Of a DNA stretch of 64,000 nt, positions 52,001 to 64,000 are shown one piece after another (the first letter of the stretch is position 1; every line of letters starts with the position of its first letter). Location: contig OZ024743.1 in NCBI GenBank assembly GCA_964016885.1, positions 343,480,001-343,544,000 on the forward strand, given 5' to 3'. The notes under the pieces are model-generated. The model did not search any database. It saw nothing but the letters and a program-made list of their open reading frames with translations, and was not told the origin of the DNA. The translations under genes and the position numbers were made by a program. This DNA comes from Eledone cirrhosa. Its lineage: Eukaryota.

Positions 52001-55000
52001 TTTTGTCAAATCTCTTGATACTGCTTAATGTTCTGGAAACTTGGCAGCCTATGTATTAATTAAAAAACTTTAAACTTCTTTAGGCTTTCTGCACTCTAAT
52101 TTCAAATTCTGCTGCAGTTATCTTTGTCATTTAACCTTTTGGAGTCTATAAAATAAAGTACTAGTTCAGAGTGGTGGATTAATGGAATTGTTAGAGTGTT
52201 GGAGGAAATACTTTGTTGTATTTGTTTTACTGCTTTGCCCTCTGATTTCAAATCTTGCTGTGATCTACTTATTTCATTGTCTGGTATATCATTGAACCTG
52301 GCCTTTGGGTGTCTTCAGTGGTATCTTTTCTATTGAAAACATTTAGGCCAGGTTTGCAGTTTGAGGATATTATTCTCCCTCCCTGGCATCTGTTTTGGAA
52401 CCCCTGAAAAGGGTCATGGCATCGCCCCTCTCTCCTTGACTAAACAGTAACAAAAAAAAAACCTTGCCACCATTTTTATTTTAAGACATTTTTGAGAGAA
52501 AGAGTTATGTTTGTGTTTGTATGTTTTATTACAATATTTTTTTTACTACTTTATTCATTTAACAATATTTCAAATTTACAAGCCAATCATATCTGTTGGT
52601 ATCCTATTTTTTAATATTAGAAGACCTATTTATTAAATTAATAAAAATGTTTTATATTTTTTAATCGAATTATATTATTTCTGGTACAATTTTAAACAAT
52701 AAGAGTGAATATGTTTTGAAAAATTATTCTGCATAATTTCCTGCCTAGAAAAAATAGAACATAAAAAAAAAATCATATAAATCAGAGTACTTTTGAGAAT
52801 TGGTTGCATTTTTCCTCTTTGTTCCAAGAGTAGTAAAAAGTAAAAAAAAAAACAAAAAAAAAAAAAACAGTCAAGTTTTACTGATAACATTAGCTTTCAG
52901 AAGCTCTTATTTAGTCTCAATTTGGTCTCTTTGTAGTATTTTACCAGTTGTGTATGAGGTTTTCAAGTAAGCAACCACTATTTTTTAAGTACTTTTCTCT
53001 GTGATAGCTTGGACTTCTAAATGAATTTGTTATAAAGGTTGCTTCTAAATACTTTTAAATATTTTAGCTGAGTAAATGAATTTATGAAGTAAAATGAGAA
53101 AAAAAAATGACAATAATACAGAATATCTAATGCCATTAAAAAAAAAGATGAAAAGCTAAAGCCCATTGTTTTTGCTTGCTTTAGAAGCCATATGAAGTAT
53201 TCTTTCATCAATCTGAAGGATTTGATATGACAAATTAAAACCAAATCTTTTACTGCTCCAAGCTGAATTTGATTTCATTCAAAATGTTGGCCAAAATACA
53301 TGTTATAAAGCTTAGTCGCATCACATTTCATTGGCATTTACCCAATACATAAGGGACATGTATAATAAAGTGGTAATTAACCAGTCCCACATTTATAATC
53401 AACAAAGTATCTTCATAAAGCAATAAAGAAGAAATACTCTTAGACAATTTCAACCTCATCCTTAATTACTTTAGAATTCTTAGCATTTTATGGATTATAT
53501 TTTCAAAATGCATACACACAACACTTATACCTGCCTAGTTCGAAGTTCAATTAAAAGGAATATTGTTAAAGTGTTTCTTTATGTATCATTGTATATGTTT
53601 ATAGCTCCAAAACTGATTCATTCCACATATTTTGAGCCTACTCACAAAATACTATACACAAAGTATATTTGCAAAATAACAAGTATTTATTCACATTATA
53701 TATATATATATATATATATAATCTCTTTCAAAGTAATAAATGAATTACATACTTTGTCTTCAGGCATTTAAAAAAATATTTTTATTTTATACATACATAC
53801 AATCTCTGATTCCTCATTTATGACAAATAGTAGTTGTTTGGCTTTCCTTAAATTGATTGTAAACAGCTTTTGAAATAAAGGGTTGCGGCATTGTGCAGGG
53901 TTATTAAACTAACTGGCATATTAACATGCTTGTTGCCATATAACTTATTATTTTTTGTATAGGCATAGCTGTGTTATTTGGAAGTTTACTTTTCAACCAT
54001 ACAATTCTGGGTTTGATCTCATTGTGAAGCTCAACTTTGCCATTGGGTGCCTTGTATGGAGTCAACTCTCTTGCAAGCATTAAAGCTAGGCCTCTAGTTT
54101 GTCCTCTCTCACTCACACAAGTCTCTGAGAATTTGAAAAAAAGGTTTATAGGCACCCTTTCCCTTTGACTAAAGAGTGAAAAAGGAAAATACAAAAATTC
54201 CCACATACATTGAGTATTTGATACATCGTTTTCATCATGTTTGATTTGTGATCATTTATTGTAAGTCATCACATATGGCAGTCACAGTATATTCCCATTT
54301 TATAAACTTACCTTCTATGAGTGTGTATGTCTGTGTGTGTGGTAGCTACTCAGTTTTGTCTAAGATGGGGACATTTTAATGACTCAATCTTCTCTGTAAA
54401 AGAATACATCCATTAGAGACAGGTAGCTTTTTAAATAAAAACTAGCAAAGTGATAATAATGCTATTGGTGTATTTTTGTTTGTGATAATTCATCACAGTT
54501 AGAATTCTGGTATGGGAGTAAATTAACAAAGACTAAAGTTTTGAGATTAAATAAAGTGTGCTAGTTCATGTGTAAATACAGCATGGTTGAATCACTTTAC
54601 AATCCTGAGGTTCAGTCCTACTGTGTGACACCTTGGGCAAGTGTCTTTTTATCATAACCTCAAGTTGGCCAAAGCCTTGTGAGTTGTATTAGGTAGATGG
54701 AGACTAAGTTTGCCAAATGAACTATACTTGTAATTCAAAGGTCCAGCCTTATCATACACTGTGTCATCCTGACTCTCCCTGATAGTTATGTTAAAAGTAC
54801 ACATTTCTGTGGAATAGCTTGTTAATTTTTTAAGTAGGCTATTCTGTTGACCAAAAAACTAGAACTTTTATGGTCAACACTGACGGGGCTTCATTTATAT
54901 TTGTCACTAGTTCATGTTATGTTCCACCGTAAAGAATATTGTGGGTTAGTTTGGTTTCATAACTTTTAGAATTTATATATATTTTTATTAACATGTTTTT

Positions 55001-55949
55001 CAGTGTCCAAATAAGGTTGTATCTCTTCTGAGGTTGTAATAGTGTTATTGTTATGAAATCAACCAGGGACAAAGTAACAGAGTTGTATTTGTTCTAGTTT
55101 TCTGTGCTTTTTGGCAGGTCAAATTTGTCTTTCAGCCTTTCATGGTTGATAAAATAAATACTACTCCAAGGTAATGGATTCGCAGAATTGTTAGAACTTA
55201 AGACAAAAGGCTTTGCATAATTTGTTCCAGCTTTCTGTGTTCTGACTTCAAATCCTGCTGTGGCTTACTTGGGTGGTAGAGTTAATTCGTTGCTCAGTTT
55301 AACACAGCCACCCGGCTCTAGGGTGCCTTTAGTGGGGTCTCTGATTTGAGGATACCTTTCCCTCTCAGCAGTCTTTGAAGTTTCTTTGATTTAGTATTTT
55401 AATAATGTTTTAGTACCTAGTAATTATATCTTTACATTGTTATTAATCAAAATGAAATAGATCACTAATATATTTATGTAAGCCTAATGACCACTAAATA
55501 TTTTAAATTTGGACCTACAGTTCATCATCTTATGCTGTTTGTCTAGAGCCTTGTAAAAGTTATAAATGATTTCATAGTTTGGTAAAATTTATTGGAGTAG
55601 TGAGTTGTGGCATTTTTTATGTATTCATATAGCCAAAAGAAGGAACATGGTAAAAGCTTGGGTAGTGAGGATTTATGTAATGATTTCTGGTCTTATAAGA
55701 AAAACATTTTTAGCTATTTGCCATTCTCAGCTGCAGCTTATAATGCTTTCAAATTGTTAAAATTCTCTATCACAGGGAATTTTCACATGTCTCCAATACT
55801 TTTCTCTTGCGCCTTTTCTCTGTTTTGTCTATTAATTATTATTATTTTTTTTGTAAGCATGTTGTTGATCCAACAATGTATTACTTGATACACAGTCATT
55901 TAGTATTGTCTTATGGAATTTATATCTGTCCACTTTACCATCTGTGTAG

Positions 55950-55982
55950 GCAACCGATATGGCAGCAAAGGATCCTCGTCGA
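55950..55982 (+). CDS. DYNC1I: Candidate 33-nt frame-preserving microexon of the dynein intermediate chain
   Basis: TGTGTAG acceptor and GTGAGT donor around a GC-rich island in AT-rich intron. Open in phase 1 (GNRYGSKGSSS). No homology support. Confidence 0.5.
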
Positions 55983-56527
55983 GTGAGTAAGCTATTTCCA
56001 AAATAAAATGCCTTGTAATCTCTTCATCTATTTGGAATGTGCCGCATATAAGTGAGATTCTGCCTGATCACATAATGACAGGGCAGGAATCTTGTGAAGG
56101 ATTTGCAACACTCTAAATTTTCTGATTCCTCCACTCATTTTTTTTTTTACTTTTACCCATTGCAAACTTTAGTTTACAAAAAAAAAAAAAAAATTAATCC
56201 TGTTTCTTAAATTGAAACATTGAGAAATTGAAACATTGAGCTGATTGACTCCTGTTCCATCAAGGCTGCCTCTTGTTGCAACTGTTCCTTTGAAAACATG
56301 AGGTGCTGTCATATTTAAATTGGTTACTGGTTAAAGATAATTTAGATGAGAGTGAATTACTAGTTCAATTGATGTTTACTAATAGCTTCCCTTCTACAAT
56401 AGGTTAATTATTATCTATTGGCTGTTAGCTATTGTTTTTTCAATATCATTATCTACACTAAGAATTACTGTATATACTCATATGTCACACTCTGTGTTTA
56501 TAATATTTTGGCTTCATTATTTAATAT

Positions 56528-56708
56528 GGTGAATTGGCAGTATTGGTAGAGGGTCGAACGTCATGCTTTCTAGCATAGTTACGTCCCTTTACAGTCTGAG
56601 TTCAAATCCCGCCAAGGTTAACTTTGCCTTTCATCCTTACGGGGTCGATAAAATAAAGTACCAGTAATGTACTGGGTAATTGCTGACCTTGTGTCTAAAG
56701 TAGAAACA
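56528..56708 (+). mobile_element. Young family A SINE
   Basis: 12-bp TSD ATTATTTAATAT at 56516-56527 and 56709-56720. Confidence 0.9.
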
Positions 56709-59700
56709 ATTATTTAATATTTCAAGCCTAGAACAAGGTTTGGTAGTTTAGTAGATAAGCTGCATGTGGGTTTTGCACCTGATTTTTTTTTCCTTTTTCT
56801 TCTTTTTTTTTAGTAAAAAGAAAGTGACTTATGAGTATATAGAGTACTTTTGAAATTGCTATAGTAAATATAGAATACTTGTACATTATTTATATTGTTG
56901 TGTGTGATAATATCCCTGCAGAATCAATGTCTGTATATTTGTGTATACAGTATCAAGTTTTACATCCACATGTGTCTATTGCTGGAAAGAAATATTTCAT
57001 GTAGCTGTTCTACTCTTAACTTCCCAAGAAGTGGTATATAGTGTTAGCTAGTCAGCATGATGCAAACAACAATTATGTGCTTTATCCAAGGACACTATAT
57101 AATAGCTGTCCTAAAACTTGAACTCTGTTTTGGTAGTCAAATACATATGAAAAATGATATTAACATATAACTCTTTGAGATCTTGATAATGATAATGTTT
57201 TGGATATGCTCTATGTAAAGTTGTTGAGAAAGGAGTATGAAAGGTTGGAGAGTATCCACCATCAATTAAAACCAACAACAGGGTCATATATAGATATTGG
57301 TTGTAATATATAGAGAAAGCAATGAAGGACATACATTTTTCAGGATTAATTGCTGAGATGCACAAATTTGATTAAATTAGTGTAACCTTTATGTTGTTCA
57401 GTTAATTCAGACTGTGGAGTTGGGTGTTTATTGTTGATAACAATAGTACTATTACTACCAGGCCAGTGCAGAGCTGATAACCATCCCAGGCCAGATGTGA
57501 ATTGTAGGCCTCATTTCGAACTATTCATTAAGTATTTTAGAAATCAGTACTAAATAAAGGCCAGAGTTAGGTTGGATATGGTGTAGTTTTGGTTTGGATC
57601 ATAAAATAGGACTGACTACAGATACTGTATTATTGGTGAGACAACTATCGTTGTTGGAGATGAGAGAATGATGATGATGATATGACATTTGAAAATGAAA
57701 GTAAAGTCATTACACAGAAGGGTGTTGTTATGTTGTAGAGGTGCTGATAAACACTTTGATGCTCTTAGATCAAAGGTTAATGCTAAGCTTCTCCATGGAC
57801 ATCATAATTATCACAAAGACACGGTCACAAGTCACAAATGTCACTTTGAGCTGCTCTATGCTTACGACATTGCATTAATGGCTGAAATTATAAATATGAT
57901 GATTCAGAGAACTTCTGCATGGAAAGATGTTCTGAACAGAACATTTTTGTAGATGAATATATCTTTTGCAGTAGGTATGGCAGTTATCAAATCAAAAGGA
58001 GGATGCCAGTATTGTTGAGTAGGAGTAGTAATTTAGTAGTAACTCCATCTTCAGTCATCACTGCAAACATTTAGTTGTAGAAGCAACACTGATTTAATAA
58101 GTTGAAATCAGACTGAGTGCTAATGCAAAACCTGTTCTGAAAATGCCTCAAATCAATGAAGTAGTTATGGCTAAGTAAAATCTGCAGTGTTGTTAACTAG
58201 TTCTACTACAAAATACTTTGCAATATTTGTTCAAATCCAGCTGTTGCCTACTTGGGTGGTAGATTATCTGTCATCTAGTTTTACACCAAACATTCGAGCC
58301 AAGTTTGAGGATACCCTTCTCCCTCCCTCTCATCAGTCTCAAAAGGGTCATTGGTACTGCCTTTCATTCCCTAATTAAACAGTAAAACAAAATTAGTTTG
58401 TAGTGAGGATGTATAGATTTGCTTTGATTATAGAACAATGGATATTGGCTACTTATCACTTCTGTTTGATGATAGAAAAGCTCTTAGTTGGAATACACAT
58501 TCTGTTTCCATATCTCCAAATAGTTGGTATGGTGAGAAAATAAGTATGAAGTGAAATGTATGGTGTGGATTATGACCATGTTCTTCCATAATGGTTGTGT
58601 CTAATTTCTAGTAATGTTCTTCTACTTGCTAGTGCCTACCAAACAGTATTTTATTTCAATATAGACTATTTTTGTTATGATTTTCCCTGTTCATATATGA
58701 TGTCCATTATAATAATATTTTTCCATAACTATCCATTACTCAAAATTATGTCTAGACTATCCTGTTTATTGCATTTTTACTCATAATTCTTTATACACTA
58801 TTTATAATTCATTTATCAATCTATATTCCTGTACCTCTCAGTTTTTCCTTAAAAAAAAAAAATGAACTTTATTTAGTTCCATCTGACCCTGGTACCAAAA
58901 TCAGTTCAGTTATACTAATCTATTATGGATGTAGCATGGCTGAATGGTTATGTTCACTTTGCTTCAAAATCACAAGGTTTTGAGTTTGGTACCACTGTAT
59001 GTTATCTTGGGCAATTGTCTCGGATTGAAAGAAACCTTGTGAGTGAAATCAAGTAGACAGAAACTGCTTGGAAGCCATTGTACATGTACTTGAAAGGGCC
59101 AACTTGTCACATACACTCTTTCTGAGAATTAGAATTACATAGAGTACTTATATCTGTGAAATACTCAACACCTAACATTAATTTCATGAATAAACCATTC
59201 CACCATTAAACAACTCAAGAATTGGTTGTCAAAACTATTATGTAGTTTTTGATTTGACCACTTTAAAAAAGTGCTATTGTTTTTTTTAAATTGTTGTAGT
59301 TGTGTTCCCTATACTCCATGTTATAAGATACTATCGCTGCTAATACACTTCACTTTTCATGCTTCGTTAAGAATGATTAAAAAAATTAATTATCATTGGA
59401 AATTTCATCATTATCATTACCATCCATCATCATTGCCATTACTATCAGGATCATTATCATCATTATTGCATTACTTCTATTTTGCTGGTCTATGTTCTAT
59501 GCAATATTTCATCATTTTCTTTTCAAAAGACACACAAATGGCAAAATAAACATTTAAAAAATAATAGAAAGAAAAATACGATTTTGTTATATGCAAGATT
59601 TTTTTCTTTTTTGTGGTGAGTATATGAAATTGGATAAGTAGAACTTGTTTGAAATCCTGTTGGATGGACAATATCAGCTTAGTCATACACTTTAGTACAT

Positions 59701-61149
59701 TGAATCTCTCTGAGAATTATATGAATGGTGCACATGGAATATTCAGCCATTAACATTTAAATTTAATGAGTAAGCAGTTCCAATGACTGAACAACTGGAG
59801 CACGCATTGCTGAAATTAACTTTGTGTCTGTAGACAAATTTAACAAACTATTTCTTTGAATGAAACAGTTGAATGAAAAATAAAAACTTGATATTTCTCT
59901 CAATCAAATACTTGCAAAAAAAAAAAAAAAATTCTGTAGTGATTAGACAACATTATGTAATAACTTGGTATTTTTTATTTGAATTGAATAATTTGGGATT
60001 CCTTGGATTATAATGTTTGCCACTAATGCTGCATTTTTTGTGTTAAGTGTTAGAATGTATATTCAAGTTTCAAATACTTTATAGCAGCATATCTGTAAGA
60101 TAACAAGCCACTATAGGTTAAAAACAAATGACCAGTTATTTGACAACCATTTTCATGTTTTCAGTTGGAACTGTTATAATGTATAATGTAGGTTTGTTTT
60201 AAGAACTCCCAATAAATAAAAATTCATTAATGCTTCTTTGTTTGAAAATCTTCATTCACAATACATACATAAGGTCAACAAGAGTCAGAAAACATTTAAA
60301 AAATAACCTGGAAAGAGCAGAGTATAATGAATGTTATTAATTTAATGCTTGAATGAAATGTTTCAATGTTATTTTTAGTCCATGAAAAATTATTTTTCAA
60401 AGAGACTGTAATTCAAAGAAAGTACTCAGCACTGGAGTATGTAAAGTGTATATTCATATATGTAACATTTACTTTACATTTGTACGGGTGTTTCAATACA
60501 TCACTATATTTTCAAAGGTCCATTGAAAAAATGTACAAATGTAAGGTAAATATTATATATATATAATAGAATTTGAAAGCCTTTATACACAGTTGAAGTG
60601 TGCTTAACCTTATTGATACCAAATTGCCTAACCCACTCCTGGTTCTATTATGTAATGCTGTTTATTTTAAGATGTTTGTATTTCATAATTTTAATGTATG
60701 CGTTTCAACATAATTTTATGAAAACAACATATAGAGCATTTTCTCTATTATTAAAATAACTGTTTCAATAGAAAAAAAAAACAGTTTTCTTCACTCTCCA
60801 CCTTATTCCTGACTTTGTTATCAGTAAAAAAAGTTTAATACTTTAATAACATACATGCATACAGTCATACAGAAATATGTTGCAAATCCTTTAACAAATT
60901 TTAATTTTTTATTCTGCTATATTTAATTTATTAAACAGAGATCAGTTTTAGAAAATGATATATTAGCTTGCCCAAAACATCTGATTTTTTTTTTCTAACA
61001 AGCTTTATGTAATTAAAAAAAAATTTATTAAAAAAAAAATTAGACTTCATTTCAATACTGTTCAGCTGTTATGCACTTTTGTAGCTATATGTTTGTTGTC
61101 TTTTCAGTTTTGTATGCTATTTGTTTGCTGTGTATGTGTATAGATGCAT

Positions 61150-61326
61150 ATACACATATATATATATATATACTTATACATGTGTGTGGGTGGGTGTGTG
61201 TGTATATATACATACATACATACATACATACATACATACATACACACACCCACACACACATATTTATATACACACACACACATATATACACATACACACA
61301 CACATATTTATATACACACACACACA

Positions 61327-61366
<40 letters not shown>

Positions 61367-61412
61367 CACACACATATATACATACACACACATATACATA
61401 TATATATATATA
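61150..61412. repeat. (CA)n/(CATA)n/(TA)n compound microsatellite
   Basis: Directly visible. Confidence 0.9.
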
Positions 61413-61520
61413 TGCATGTATAAATATGCATATTGTGTTTATATCCATGGTTGGAATGACTTTGTAGTCAGTTAAAAATAATTACTTCTTTTTAAAAACA
61501 TTTTTTGTTTCCTTTTCCGG

Positions 61521-61566
<46 letters not shown>

Positions 61567-62110
61567 CAAGCTTAAATATTAGTTACTGGTAATAGCAAAT
61601 TGTATGTACAATTTCCTTGTATGTATATATGTGTCTGTCTGTCTGTATGCATGTGTATGTATATATATATATATATGCCCTTTCTCTTTCAGCATTAATG
61701 TAAACTTCATATTTTTAGATTCTCTTCTGGGTTGGTTCTAAAGCATTTTTTTTTTTTGTAGAATTTTATGGATTATTTTATTTTAATTATTTTATTTATC
61801 TATTTTACTTATCAGTTTTTTTACTTTTAATTACTTAGTATATTTGTAATTAATGAGGTTCATATTGGAAAAGCTCACTCTCCAGAGAATTTAAAAAAAA
61901 AATTTATTGTTATATTGCAGGGAAATCACTTTGTGTGTGTGTGCATGTATGTATATATTCATATGCGTGTGTATATGTATGTGTATATATATATATGTAT
62001 CTATGTGTGTGTGTGTATATATATATACAAATATATATGTATATACACACACACATACGTTTTTTTAGAGTGTTTTATATATATGTGTATATGTATGTGT
62101 GTGTGTGTGC

Positions 62111-62142
<32 letters not shown>

Positions 62143-64000
62143 CCTTCAAACTAACTGGAATGTATCATTTTTATTAAAATACTTTTATCACAAGTCTATA
62201 CCAGGTATAAAAAGTCTGAAAATAGAGTGTTTAATTAATTGACTAATTAATTAATTAATTAGTCATTGACAGTGAATGTAGGAGTCTCAGTGAACCCTGG
62301 GTGGCAGGTCTAATCTATTGCATGCTTTAACTGCCCACAGGCCTCAGATTACTTTTAGCGGAGTCCATCCTGTTGCGAGCATTCGAGCCAGGTCTCTAGT
62401 TTGAGGGCACTTTCCTTCTTCCACCCTTCCGTCACTGATTAAATAGTTAAAAAAATAGATAAATAAATAAAAATAAACAAAAAACCCTAGGAGTATAATA
62501 AATTTGACTTTACTACCAGCATTGAGTTCCCCCCTTACTATCATTACTAAATATTTGTTGTTAATTTATAATTCTTTAATTTTAATCTTAAAACAAATGA
62601 ATTTTAGTGTTAGATGTGATGTTTAAAAAAATTCCTTAGAAATTTCTCATATTGAATCTATATTTGGAATTATTTGCTCCTCTCTAATTATTATGATTTA
62701 TTCCAATAACTCATTTAATATATCACAATTCATGTCACCTATAGCATTTTATTTTTATAGATATTTTACTTAGTGGGGATGGGTAAATAATTTGTTTGGG
62801 AGTGTTTTAAAAATAGTTGAATTCAGGCCTCTCTGTTAATTGGTGTCCCGTCATCATTTTACATCTGCTTTCCATCTTGGCATGGGCTGGACAAAGTCTA
62901 TTTATAAGAATCTTTTGACCTTTTATGTTCATAAACATAAATATTATTTAATTAAAAGCTGAATTTATCTAGTATTTAGATCAAATCAAAGGTCTAATCA
63001 AATCTACTACTTGTAATCTTGTAAAGTAGTACTACCTATTTCATAGTTGGGCTGTCGGCAACCAAGCCAGCAATGCTACCCTGGTGTGTGGATGGTGGTA
63101 CAAGAGATGGACAAACTCAACAAAGAGTCAGCAACCATCCATCAAACCTACAAATGAAGTGGAGCTCTATTAAGGCTTTTGAATTTAGTGTTTGTGACTC
63201 TCTTGGCAACTCCCGCTCCCATTTATGTTTCTCAGATGTATTGATCTCACCTTTCCTCTAACCCAGGGAGATTAGGGTGAGAGAAACTCTTTGATATGTG
63301 TGAGGATCACTCAAGGTAGTTTAAATCAGTCCTGGCTAAAATTGCTTGCCTCACAGTAGTAAACTGTGGTTGCATGTACTGTCTGTTGTTGAGTGATGCT
63401 GCTTCTCTATTTGTCAACTGTGGTCAGCTTTCTGGAGAAGATTTAATGAGTTAACCTATGAAACATTTGATAACATTTACTTCCCCATATACTATTTAAT
63501 GATCCCAGTAAAGTAATGGGCTGAATTGGCAAACATTAAACAAATATGCTAGGTTTTAATAAATATGAATTAAAATATCAGAATTTTTATCATGTTGAGA
63601 ATTTGTATTTCTCATTTGGTAGTTTTCTTTTTCTTACTTTTATTCATGTTTAAAAAAATACAAATACGTCATCATGGGTTTTATCCTTTGGTGAGTTGGT
63701 TTTGTTGATAAAGTTCCTGTCAAGTTCTGTGTTTGATTGAGTCAACTACAGTCTCTCCCAAAATTTGTAGCCTTGTACTTAAGTAATTATTATTTGGATT
63801 GATAGAATCATTAGTGCCAGACTTGTTCTTGGCCTTTTACATTTTAAGTTCTACAATGGTCATCTTTGCTTTTCATCCTTTCAAGATCAATAACATGAAG
63901 TACAGGAGTTAATATAATCAACTATACCCTTCCCCAGAATGTGTTTATGTTAAAAATCATTCTCATTCATTGTAATTGACACTATAATGAGCTAAGTTCA

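Noticed and set aside
57689-58130. 87-aa ORF as a gene or dynein exon
   Set aside because: ELLYAYDIALMAE is a decayed RT YADD region of an old RTE fragment.
61719-61730. Possible 12-nt microexon (TTTTTAG-ATTCTCTTCTGG-GTTGGT)
   Set aside because: Too short to support without transcript data.

Overview
AT-rich, intron-rich animal genomic DNA. The SINE, RTE-LINE and (TA)n repeat repertoire suggests an octopus or other coleoid cephalopod, which is an inference. Two protein-coding genes lie head-to-head about 0.9 kb apart. The first is a complete two-exon SDHAF3/ACN9 (minus strand, 112 aa). The second is the 5' part of a cytoplasmic dynein-1 intermediate chain gene (plus strand): four phase-consistent exons from 6005 to 47665, a candidate 33-nt microexon at 55950, and WD40 exons presumably beyond the window. 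About 58 kb is dynein intron packed with tRNA-headed SINEs, RTE and R4/Dong-like LINE fragments, mariner/maT, hAT, piggyBac-type and Helitron relics. It also holds an ~11-kb zone of (TA)n/(TATG)n arrays with a 200-N gap. Nearly all long 'YIYM' ORFs are microsatellite artefacts. The most unusual area is 38.1-40.5 kb, a cluster of fold-back palindromes and partial tandem repeats containing minimal type-I hammerhead ribozyme motifs with Penelope-like/retrozyme-like architecture. All calls were read by eye and no database search was run.
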